Below, piece by piece: positions 26,493 through 37,559 of a stretch of DNA of 64,000 nt; the first letter of the stretch is position 1; each line of letters begins with the position of its first letter. The stretch is from contig NC_068990.1 of the NCBI RefSeq assembly GCF_001194135.2, forward strand, positions 32,284,588-32,348,587, in the 5' to 3' direction. The notes below the pieces were generated by a model. It did no database searches. It saw only the letters and a program-made list of their open reading frames with translations, and was not told where the DNA came from. Position numbers and translations under genes: made by a program. Source of the stretch: Octopus bimaculoides (lineage: Eukaryota).

Positions 26493-27365
26493 AAATCTCT
26501 TTAACAACTCACAATAATGACTTTTATTACCTTTATTCCTACGTCAGTTCATCTAATTGTATATATCTATCGTTACTTTTCATAAAAAGCCTTAACTGTT
26601 TTTTTGATTTCCAATGTGTATTTTCGCTTATCTTTCTGTTTACTTTCCCCTTACATTTCCACGTGTAGTTTCTATTTTGTTTTTGTAACATATTTCTATT
26701 ATATATATATATATATATATATACAGTGTACATTTAAACACATAAGAGGTAGCCATCATAGGCTTCCCTCACGCTAGAAAGAACAGCTAAGGTCCAAACT
26801 TATGCTAGGGAGATCACTTCAAGAGTTATCCTTCTCATAGGATACATTCATACATGCATGCAAACACAGGCATAGCTACACGGTTAGGAAGTATGCTTCA
26901 GAAATTTTGTAGTCTAGGATTTGCTCCCACTCAATAAACACTGTTGGATGATATCTTCTACAATAGCTGTAAGTTAACCAATGTCTTTCGAAAGTAATTT
27001 GGTACATGGAAACTGGATGAATCATGTTTGTGTATGTATATGTATTCGCTTTGTCATTGTGTGCTGATGGTATTTGTCTATAGAAAATATGTCTCAGCAA
27101 ATCTTACCTGACTCATGCAAACAAGGAAAAGTGGATGCTTAAACTGTGATGATACTATGCATATATAGGTGCCTATGTGTGTAAACGTGTGTGTTTGTGT
27201 GTGTATGTATGTATATATATATACATACATTTTTACTAGTTTATTTTGTCTTCGTCTTCGCCCCTTGTGCTATATGAACATTTATTGTGGTTTAGAGTCA
27301 AGATTTGACTGCTATTTTTCAGCGTGGCGGTATCTCTTAGATACCCTATATTATAATTTTAAATA

Positions 27366-27407
<42 letters not shown>

Positions 27408-27618
27408 TGAGAGCAAACATGTGTCTGTACGTATGTGTAATATAGGTTGCATACATTACATACATAATCTTGTCTTTATTTAGCATTATTTTTGATATGC
27501 TATTTTTTTAAAAAGATTTATTTTAATACCATATTGTTTTCTCTTGTTACTTTGTTTCTATGGAAGATACAATTGAATGTACAGTCTAGGAAACGATATA
27601 CACAACCTGAAAAAAAAA

Positions 27619-27927
27619 AACAATACTCAACTTTAACACTAAATATATGCAACCTTAACAGCAAATATACACTACCTTAATAATAGATATACACTGCCTT
27701 AGCAGTAAATGCATACAGCCTTAACAGTAATTATAATCTGCTTTAACAGTAAATCGTTCTAACCTTAACAGTGAATAAATGCAGCATTAGTAGTAAATGT
27801 ATGCAATATTGACTGTAAATATATGCAGCCTTAGCAGTAAATAGACAGTTTCAATAATAGATATACATAGACACTACCTTAACAACGACTATATATAGCC
27901 TTAATATATACACAGCCTTAACAGTAT
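27619..27927. repeat. Degenerate 22-bp minisatellite (about 13 units, consensus close to AAATATAYRCAGCCTTAACAGT)
   Basis: Exact 22-nt phasing from 27641: AAATATATGCAACCTTAACAGC / AAATATACACTACCTTAATAAT / AGATATACACTGCCTTAGCAGT / AAATGCATACAGCCTTAACAGT and so on. Confidence 0.85.
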
Positions 27928-27929
27928 AT

Positions 27930-28323
27930 ATATTACTCTTTACTCTTTTACTTGCTTCAGTCATTTGACTGCGGCCATGCTGGGGCACCACCTTTAGTCG
28001 AGCAAATCGACCCCAGGACTTATTCTTTGGAAGCCTAGTACTTATTCTATCGGTCTGTTTTGCCGAACCCCTAAGTTTCGGTTGTCAAGTGATGTTGGGG
28101 GAACAAACACAGACACAAACATATATATACACACACACACGCACATATATATATATACATATATACGACAGACTTCTTTCAGTTTCTGTCTACCAAATCC
28201 ACTCACAAGGCTTTGGTCGGCCCGAGGCTATAGTAGAAGTCATTTGCCCAAGGTGTCATGCAGTGGGACTGACTCTGGAACCATGTGGTTGGTAAGCAAG
28301 CTACTTACCACACAGCCACTCCT
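27930..28323 (-). mobile_element. Family E SINE: tRNA-like head, internal (TA/TG)n microsatellite, hairpin tail ending in (TAAAAGAG)n
   Basis: Minus strand: GGAGTGGCTGTGTGGTAAG...CCTTGGGCAAATGAC...GATTTGGTAGACAGAAACTGAAAGAAG, microsatellite, ...GGTGGTGCCCCAGCATGGCCGCAGTCAAATGACTG. Related pieces at about 8320-8897 (-), 12655-12793 (+), 26245-26397 (-), 52155-52285 (-), 56040-56150 and 56368-56520 (-), 60508-60600 (+). Confidence 0.82.
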
Positions 28324-28331
28324 ACATGCAT

Positions 28332-28377
<46 letters not shown>

Positions 28378-28803
28378 ATGTGATGGACTATTTTCAGTTT
28401 CCATCTAGCAAATCCACTGAAAAAAAAAAATTTATATGCAGAGTGTAAACCTATTACCTTTGGTAATAATGTATACAATGAGTTCAGAGGTTTATCTAAG
28501 ATGCAGATAGGTAACACTGGCTTGTATTCTATATGAATCCGCATTAATCTTTCCATGTAAGAAATCACTTTAACAACATGTCTAGGGGTGAGAAACCTTA
28601 GGAAATAAGATATCTTGGCCTGCAGCAGTGCTGAAAATATGCAAAACTTAGCTAAATAATTGATGTCTTTCTCTGGTTTAAACTGTTCCTTAGGCTTTTG
28701 TCAATTTTTGTGAAGCAATGATGACCACCTTCTGTGTTAGAATGTATATTGTTTTTATTACTTCTTTTGTCAATGTCTTTTCTTTTTTTCTTTTCATTGC
28801 CAG

Positions 28804-28890
28804 GATTGTTTAGCCAGTGGCAGATTACAAACTGCAGCATCTTATTTGATCATTTTACAAAACTTGGAGAAGCCATCTGTCTCACGTCAG
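28804..28890 (+). CDS. RIC1: RIC1 coding exon (phase 0 to 0): [29 protein letters not shown]
   Basis: Seen: polypyrimidine tract plus CAG acceptor (28801-28803), 87-nt open exon, CAG|GTGAGT donor at 28891. Recalled: matches the conserved RIC1 segment of human KIAA1432 ([29 protein letters not shown]). Identity is from memory, not from a search. Confidence 0.92.
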
Positions 28891-30415
28891 GTGAGTTCTC
28901 TTTTCCTTTTCCCTTTTTAAATTCTTCTTTTATATTCTTCTCTTCTCTGAAATGCGGATGATAATGATATCCTGGATGGAACTCAACAGCAACATGTTTG
29001 AATTTTATTTCCTTTAAATTCATGACATTTATACCTCTAATTTTTTCTAAATTGATTGCATTGTTTATTTTTTATGTGTTCCTTTTTACCTTCTTTTATT
29101 TAAATATTTCACACTGTTTACCCAAAGATTTATTTTAACTGCTATTATTATTGGCTGTTTATGCTTTCTGTAATTTTTAAGCAGACTTGATGGAAGTTTA
29201 TTCTCTCTTGGATAGGATGCTAGTCTGTTGCAGATTAACTTTCTCTGACTGATGAACTAGTTTTAATATTTACTAAACAAATTAACCTCCTGTAGAAGAT
29301 GGAAGACAAATACCTGCTATTACTTATAGTGTTATATTCTATAGGATACTAGATTATCAACAGTTATACCTTCATGTCTTCCAACAAAACTTCACAAAAT
29401 AAGAGATAAATGGACTTCCGCTACAGAACACTAGTCTATCGTTGGTTTAACCTTTGAACATGAACCAATAGTATTGAATTCTACCAATCATCATTGGGAG
29501 GCCATTTACATACATTATGTAAGAAGATGTATGAGAAACATATCAAAGCAACAAGTCTTCCTAATTCAAAATCTGTACCAGTTTGAAACTTCATGTGAAA
29601 TTGTTAAATCAGTCAATCAATATTTAAGAATAATCTTGGTAAAATTTGAGAGAACAATAAATCTGAAACATCACTGGAAACAAGTAGACAGCTACAGGCT
29701 GTGTTTCTTAGTTGTGAAAAACAATAAAGTTGGTGCTGATTCTCCAGCAAGATGTATTGTATGTAGTATTATTAGATATAATGTAACAGCTGGACAATAT
29801 TGAATAGCTAATGAGTTTAAGGTGTTGGAATACTCACATGGTTAGGAGTTCAATCTTTACCGCAGCTACTATATTGTGCTCTTGAGCAAGTTACATTACT
29901 TAGCACATTCTGATTGATTTACATTAAGAAAGTTAAAGAATGATCCCATGGTTTAAAATTTACATTTGAGTAAAAGGTCATACCTTTTACATGAATATAC
30001 CTACAAGGAAACCATATGGAAATCTTCATTAGTAGATTTTTCAGTCTATATGTTGGTATAGTTTCTTGTTTAAGAATACAATAAATTTCCAGCACATTGT
30101 GTCACCCATCATCTACCTTGTATTTCTTATGGTATTCACCTTCCTTCCTCTTGGACCCACATCACACATGTAGCTATTTGTCAACTTTCTTTGTCACACA
30201 AAATCAAGTACACATACGCACATACACGTTCTGTTATTACACACACACACGGACCCGCATGCACGCACACATACTTACCTCTCTCTCTTGCACTCTCCTG
30301 TCTTAGAAAGAACTTTTTCTCCACCCTTTCCCTTCCAGTCATTCCACAATATAACCTCGTGGATATCGTTGGCGATTTTTTCTTCCTCCGTCTTCCCTTC
30401 TTTGGACTGTCCTAT

Positions 30416-30450
30416 GTTTCCGATGAAGAGCTCCGCTCGAAACGTCAAAT
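30416..30450 (+). ncRNA. Minimal hammerhead motif (U4C, one extra A) in a probable Penelope-like terminal repeat remnant
   Basis: GTTT CCGATGA A GAGC-tcc-GCTC GAAA CG T C|AAAT. GUC triplet, ACGT palindromic stem III, weak stem I. Lies in pyrimidine-rich sequence of about 30330-30550. Confidence 0.55.
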
Positions 30451-32414
30451 TCTCTTTCTTTCCTTTCTCGAGTGTCCAGTAACACAATCTGTATCACGTC
30501 CTCGCATTGTTGTTTTTTGTTGTTTTTTGTTGTTTTTTGTCGTTTTTCTTTTTTGATACTAATCCACATACTACTGAAGAAAGATTTGATATATTTCTCA
30601 TCATTGTATGATCTGTTTTGAGCATGGAATCTGCCAGTGTTTAGAATGCGTGCATCTTTATATGACATTTGAGCACACTTTGAGTTCATAAACAGAGTTT
30701 AAAGGATGACACAAGCTGTCTCCTTATTGGGCTGGCCAGTTAGTTGGTAAGGAAGGTCTCTTGCACCACTTGCAATTTGAATGTCAGCTGATGGGACTTT
30801 GAATCTGACTGCATTAACTTTCTCTGGTTGATTCAATTCAAAGTCTCCCCATTTATATCCAGCTTGATCTGGTGATCAATCTTGAATGAACTCAGTAGAG
30901 CAACATTGTTAATATCTGTGTTTGCTTGAATGGATTCTGGGAACACTATGTAATTAATTACATAATTAATGAGGAGTGACAAAGATACTCAATCCTACTG
31001 GACACAAGTTTTTAGCACAGATATTTGTCTCTCCTTTCTATTTGATCTGACTTTGGTTAGTTGGCTGGAATAATAAAGACTTTATCAGGTTGAATAGTTT
31101 CAGTGGTAAACCTATTTGCTATCATGATATTGTACAGTGACTAACAGTGCATGCAGTAGAATGTAATTACACAGTCTATAAAGGCAATGACTGTTGTAAA
31201 GATCATTTCTATTCCTATAACCATCAATGCATGAACATTTTGATTCATTCATCCATGAAAATGAAACATATATTAATGATACCTTTAAATACATTAATTA
31301 AAACATGTTAAACTAATATTTTAATACGACCCTATTGAGCAAAAGCACTCACTGTTTACTATAGGTGGTAATAAAAGTGGTTGGCAGGGGTGCATCTCTG
31401 CCCTCCCTTTCTTCATTTCTACTTCGATAAATCATTGCTACAGGAATAGTTAAAGAAACAATCTGCTGGTATTTCTAGTTCTGGTCATTCTGTCTTTATA
31501 ATAACAGAACAGACTTTGGAACATGTTCTTCCAATTTTAAGAATTTTATGGAATTTAGCTGCTACATTAAAAAGGTCAGACAACAATGTTGTAAGTTCTT
31601 TTACTATAGCTGTGTATGTGTAATTGGATATGTATGTATGTATGTAGTTGGATGTGTGTAGATGACTGTGTATAAAAAAATGGATGGATGGATTGTATGT
31701 GTAAGTTCCTTTACTGGGTTAAGATTATACACGATTTTGTTAATGTATGCATTTCTGTGATTGTGTGTGTATATATGTTTGTATTTATATGTAGTTAGGC
31801 ATGTAGTGTGTGTATTTATATCTAGCTGAGCATCTAGTACCTCTGTTTGTATTTCTGCATCTAGTGTGTATATGTGTTTGTTTTTACAGCTGAACATATT
31901 AGTGTGTTTAGAAGGTTGAGTATACGGACGTAAAATTGTAATTGTGTATCCTTTGGAATTCTACTCTGTATATGTGACTGTATATATGTTAGAAATATTT
32001 TGGGTCTTGTTTGCATATATATATGCATAATCTGTGCATAATTGTGCATTGGTATGCTTTTGTGTATACCTTTTTACATGTACACAGTTTTATGTGCATT
32101 TGCATATTTGTGTCTGATACATATCTTTGTATGTATGTGTATAATATTTATGCTTGCTTGTATGTGATTCCATTGTATGTCTTTCTTTCTCTGTGTGTTA
32201 GTGCTTATATCTGTGTGTAAATATTGTGAATTATTATTTTTTTAATTACATTTATGTCAAACATACACAGATAACATTTCTATAAGTTAATCCTCACCAG
32301 TTCCAACAAACAATCAACTTTGGTCACTTCTTTCCAGAGAATCAGTATTTTTCTTTTATTTTTCATTTCTTGCCAAACATTTCTGTCTATTGATGGAACA
32401 TCATCATCATCATA

Positions 32415-32471
<57 letters not shown>

Positions 32472-32849
32472 TGCACACACTCCCCCCTCTCTCTCCTTGT
32501 TACGAGAGAACTGTGTTCAAAGTTTGGTTTATTTTAAAATCAAATCCAATATAGTCTAAAAAATACAAAATCTATATCTATAAATATTACATTTCATAGT
32601 TGTTTTTTTTTTTGTTTTATTGTTTCATTGTGGTTTTGAAAAATCAATTTTTATCATTTTTTAAAAATTCTTTGATATATTCTCTTTTTAGCTCTTTTGT
32701 CTATTCACTTTGTTTACAAAATCATATTAATTATAAAATTATAGAATTGGCTTGATAATGGAAGTGATGGTAGGGGAAGCTGTAGAATTGTAAAATTGAA
32801 TCTATTACCATTGTAAAAAGTTTTTTTTTTAGGTAAGATAAAATTTGCA

Positions 32850-33030
32850 TAATCATGATGATGATGATGATCAATTGATTATCATTATGATGATAAGAAT
32901 GATATTGATGTTAAGGGTGTTTATGAAAATAATACTGGTGTTGATGATTATACTGGTGGCACTGACGATGATGAGGATGAGGATGATGATGATGATGATG
33001 AGGATGATGAGGGTGAAGGCAGTGGTGGTG
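32850..33030. repeat. Degenerate (GAT)n tract
   Basis: Seen directly. Confidence 0.88.
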
Positions 33031-33639
33031 CCGCTGCTGCCTCTAATGATAATGAAGTTACATGTGTACAAAACCAATTACTTATTTTATCCACCCTTCA
33101 GGGCCTGTAAAATAAATACCTTATATATAATAAAAACTAATGACCATTAATTTCCTTAATTTCCTCACTGTTAATCAAAATACAGACAGAAAACAAAACC
33201 CCTTCTTCTCAAGTAAAAGATCCTGACATCTCAGTAGTCAGACATATTTTATACATTCTCTCTTTCTTTCTTACTTGCTCTCTCACTCACTCACTCTTTC
33301 TTTCTCTCTCTCTCTCTCTCACTCCACCCTTCCACTCACTTCCTCATTATTGATTTAATGTCTTCTTTCCATGTCTGCATGAAGTAGATTTTCTATGGCC
33401 ACACACTCTTCGTGTTAGTGACCCTTATTTGTTTCCAGTGTAAGGTAATAATTTCCCCATGTATGGATATGTGTTCATGGGAGATTGCAAACTATGTTGT
33501 AAGGGATTAAAATAAAAAAATTAAGACAAGGGTTTCCACCCCCACCCTCTTGTGAATTGTGTCTATCCATATTTGATAGTGCACTGACTTGATCAGCACC
33601 ATCTGTCATGTTTCCCTTCAGCCTCTGAGCCTCACAGCA

Positions 33640-34090
33640 GAGCTTGGCTCAATGTGGTGCCATCACTCATGACTATCTGTGCATTGGTGTTTTCCAGAGG
33701 CAGCCTCCAGACAGTGAGCCTCACAAATGCCACTGCAGATCCACTGTGAATTCTTTCAGCTTCCACCCACTGTCATGCCATGATAATGCACGCCACTTTC
33801 CATGCCATGTTGCCCTTAATGAAATCATAAAGCATAGCCTAGATTCTGCAGGCTTCCCTTTCCAGCTTGAGCCAACAGGGATAGTCTAAGAGGATGGTAA
33901 AAGGCCTGAGGGTATGACAATTTTCCTGTTCTGTGGCTGTAGGCCCCTCATCTGGGATGCCACTTGCTGTAAAACCTTCTCCAGTGACAACTTTGTGTGT
34001 TCAGCTAGCTACCAGTCCAAGCTCTGCTGCCCATCAGGCTAAGAAAGGCAATACCTTTTCCATTTTGTCTGCTGGAACCATGAGACAGTT
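33640..34090 (+). mobile_element. C-terminal fragment of a CRE-like (RLE-bearing) non-LTR retrotransposon
   Basis: PHKCHCRSTVNSFSFHPLSC (CCHC-like knuckle), HVALNEIIKHSLDSAGFPFQLEPTGIV*EDGKRPEGMTIF...LIWDATC (RPDG...WDATC restriction-like endonuclease signature); one in-frame stop. Confidence 0.72.
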
Positions 34091-35439
34091 TGAATTACAG
34101 GAAATTGTGAAAATGTAAGAACTTCGTAGCTCAATTCACCTGATAAACTGAATTTTCATCTTATATAGTACCTACTTGTGTACTCTTAAAAATAATACAA
34201 GTAACAACAAGAGTAACTCTAGTTGTCAGTTATAACTATGTACCTTTTGACTAAGTTCCCATCTTTTTTCCTTTTCTTTTCCTTTCTTCTTTTCCCCTCC
34301 TCTAGTTGTTCCTCTTGCCTCCCTGCTTCCAACTTTCTTTTCTTTATAGTAAGCTTATTTATTTATTTATATATATCTTTTTGTACTTATTATTTACTTG
34401 TTTTTCATGATACTCATTCACTCTTGTTTGTTAATTTTATTTCTCACCACAAATTTTTTTTAACTCTTGATTTCTAAAAGGTATTCTGATCCTTCTATTA
34501 TGTTGATGCAGATCCCACAGTTGGGCCTCCCACACATTTTTACTGTTGGCTTTGTGGTTATTGTTGAGTGTAATTTGTCCTGGGTTAAAATCCTCTTCAT
34601 TGATTTTGGGTCTCTTACTTTTGATGATGGTGTGTGTTTGGAGGATTTGATTCATCTTTGGGTCCCTCTTGAGTGTATATATATATATATATATATATCT
34701 TGAAAATCTCTACATATATATATATATATATATATATTAGTGTTGCAAGTTACTTACACTCAAAAAAAAAAAAAAAAGCACCCAATACACCCTGTTGAGT
34801 GGTTGGCATTAGGAAGGACATCCAGCCATGGAAACCATACCAAAGCTGACATGGAACACAATGTAGCTCTGGAGTTCATCAGATGCTGTCAAAGTATCCA
34901 GCATGGAAAATGGATGTTAGATAATGGTGATACAGAGAAGCTTCAGCTTTCTGAATTGTTACTCTGAGTTTCATGCTTCTTCTTATTTGAAAAATAAAAA
35001 TTAGGATAGCAAAGTAGAGATATATGACAACAAAAAATATTTGAAAATATGTCAATATATGATTGGCCTCCAATATAATACAAGAAATACACTACAATTC
35101 ATTATATATAATTGAGAGTGCAGTGACAGTGATGTAGAAGCAGCTCCAGTAAAATGACATCTTAAAATCAATAACATATTATAAAAATTAAATATATCAA
35201 AATATTTTAAATAAAAATAAAAAAATTGAAGAAATTTTCCTGGGTATTGTGAATCCAATAAACGGGGTAAAGATACCTGCTAGCCTGTAGAAAACTGAAG
35301 CTTTAATTAATAACAACGACAATGATGATGAACAATGGAACTGTCTGCAGCAATTAATTCAGATTTTCTGCTCAAAATTGCAAGATTGCAATAAAATGCT
35401 ATATTTCTCACAGATGCATCAATCACAACTTCTGGAACA

Positions 35440-35850
35440 TTGTTGTTGTTGTTGTTGTTGCTGTTGTTGTTGCTGTTGGCACTCCGTCGCTTACGACATC
35501 GAGGGTTCCAGTTGATCCGATCAACAACAGCCTGCTCGTGAAATTAACGTGCAAGTGGCTGAGCACTCCACAGACATGTGTACCCTTAATGTAGTTCTCG
35601 GGGATATTCAGCGTGACACAGTGTGACAAGGCTGACCCTTTGAAATACAGGCACAACAGAAACAGGAAGTAAAAGTGAGAGAAAGTTGTGGTGAAAGAGT
35701 ACAGCAGGCTTCGCCACCATGCCCTTCCGGAGCCTTGTGGAGTTTTAGGTGTTTCGTTCAATAAACACTTACAACGCCCGGTCTGGGAATCGAAACCGCG
35801 ATCCTATGACTGCGAGTCTGCTGCCCTAACCACTGGACCATTGCACCTCC
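35440..35850 (-). mobile_element. tRNA-headed SINE, family A, with (CAA)n tail
   Basis: Pol III A/B-box-like head (TGGTCCAGTGGTTAGG...GGTTTCGATTCCC); TSD TCTGGAACATT at 35431-41 and 35853-63; near-identical to the copies at 42897, 54358 and 58480. Confidence 0.9.
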
Positions 35851-36257
35851 ACTCTGGAACATTAGACATTGCTAATATTGCTGGTAAGCTGGGAAATGCT
35901 ATTTAACTCCCAGTGAGTCTGATCCAGAATAAATATCATCAAAGGCATTCCAGCTTTATCATTGTTTTTTAGTCAAGTATGTTGTATTTCCTCATCTTAA
36001 GATAGGAGAATGTGGTTTGAGGGAGATGTGACTGTTATTTATTACAGGATCAGTGAATAACTATGAGGTGGTGCCAAAAAGTTCCCAGACTAGTTCTGTA
36101 GTATGCCAACAGATGGCAGCACACAGTTGTGTGCACAGTGAGAATTAGCAGTGACCTTCATGAGGCAGTGTGCTGAGTGACATCACTGTGTTTATTTGGC
36201 AAGTTGTAAAATTGGTGTCTTTGTGATCACATGTGTGCTATAGTCTGCCATTTTGTC

Positions 36258-37315
36258 ATGGACAAGAAGTTGGAACAAAGAGCCAACGTGAAATTTCTGT
36301 TAAACTTGGGAAGTCTACTATAGAGACTTTGAACACGCTTTGGCAAGCTTATGACAAGGAGGTAATGGGTTGTATGCTATGTTTTGAGTGGCATGGGCAC
36401 TTGAAAAATAGAAGACTGTCCCTGGAAGACGATGAGCAATCTGGAAGACCTGCCATGAGTGTCACCTCCGGAAATGGGGAGAAAATTCATCAGCTTGCGC
36501 ATCAGGATTGGAGAAGGACAATCAACAACATTGCTGATGTTGTCGGTCTGTCATATGGGTCTGTGCAGGCAATCCTAATGTCTGAATTGAACATGCAGCA
36601 TGTCTCTGCCAAATTTGTCCTCTACCTGCTGACCACTGAGCAGAAAGAATATCATGTCAAAGTCTGTCAAGATCTCTGTCAGCGTGCCACTGATGATTGA
36701 GCCTTCATGATCATCACTGGTGATGAGAGTTGGGTCTACAGGTACAGCCCTGAGACGAAGCAGTCATTCCAATAGAAGAGCCTTTCATCTCCATGACCGA
36801 AGAAGGCATGACAGAGCTGCAGGTCATTTGAGAGCATGCTCTTCATTTTTTTCAACATCCATGGTATTGTGCATAAGAATTCATCTCCCAGGGTCAGACC
36901 ATCAATTGAGAGTTCTGCTGTGATATTTGGAAGTGTTTGAGGGAGGACATTCGGTGAAAGGAACTGGATCGGTAGAGCGCAAAGAATTGAATTCTTCATG
37001 ACAACAATGCACCCTGTCAATGAGCTCTCCTCACTCATGAGTTTCTCACCAAAAACAACATGGTATTGCTTCTGCACCTGCCCTATTCACCAGATTTAAC
37101 ACCTGTGGACTTCCATCTCTTCCCCCAAGATGAAAAGGCAGCTTAAAGTTCACCATTTTAGCACCATTGTCAGGATCCAGAGTGAATTGCAGAAGGTCCT
37201 CGACTTGCCTACAGAAAATGACTTTCAGGACGGATTCCAAAAGTGGCAGGAATGCGAGGACTGGTGTACTGCCATGCAAGGTGACTATTTCAAAGGAGAT
37301 GATGTTAAAACTTAG
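36258..37315 (+). pseudogene. Mariner transposase pseudogene with frameshifts and stops
   Basis: MDKKLEQRANVKF, EDDEQSGRP, ITGDESWVY, LHDNNAP and PYSPDLTPVDFHLFPKMK motifs are spread over several frames (ORF track 36233..36700 and 37130..37315 are parts). Confidence 0.9.
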
Positions 37316-37436
37316 GCAAATAAGTTATTTTTTATTAAACATAACTAGGAGTAAAGATTTTTGCCAACATAACATGGCAGTCCTGGTTTAGGATGAATGT
37401 TGCTGTAATTTAGCCCCAGCTGACTATATGACATGA

Positions 37437-37481
37437 TCTGTGTATCGAAATTTCCGGGTTATTTCCCTTCATCAGCACAGA
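37437..37481 (-). ncRNA. Type I hammerhead motif in the left arm of the foldback insert (inverted copy)
   Basis: Minus strand reads TCTGTG CTGATGA A GGG-aaataa-CCC G GAAA TTTCGA T A|CACAGA. 6-bp stem I; stem III can form A-U/U-A around a UUCG loop. Confidence 0.65.
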
Positions 37482-37514
37482 ATAATTATTCGGCTAGAGG
37501 TGGCACTACCAAAT

Positions 37515-37559
37515 TCTGTGCTGATGAGGGAAAATAACCCGGAAATCATGATACACAGA
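37515..37559 (+). ncRNA. Type I hammerhead motif in the right arm of a foldback insert
   Basis: TCTGTG CTGATGA GGG-aaaataa-CCC G GAAA TCATGA T A|CACAGA. Perfect 6-bp stem I, ATCATGAT palindromic stem III, one extra G before GAAA. Confidence 0.7.

Noticed and set aside
27619-27927. Regularly phased repeat as a possible CRISPR-like array
   Set aside because: Units are contiguous with no unique spacers, the context is eukaryotic, and there are no cas genes.
29474-29803. 109-aa non-repetitive ORF
   Set aside because: No recognisable motif or splice context; expected by chance or from a decayed element.
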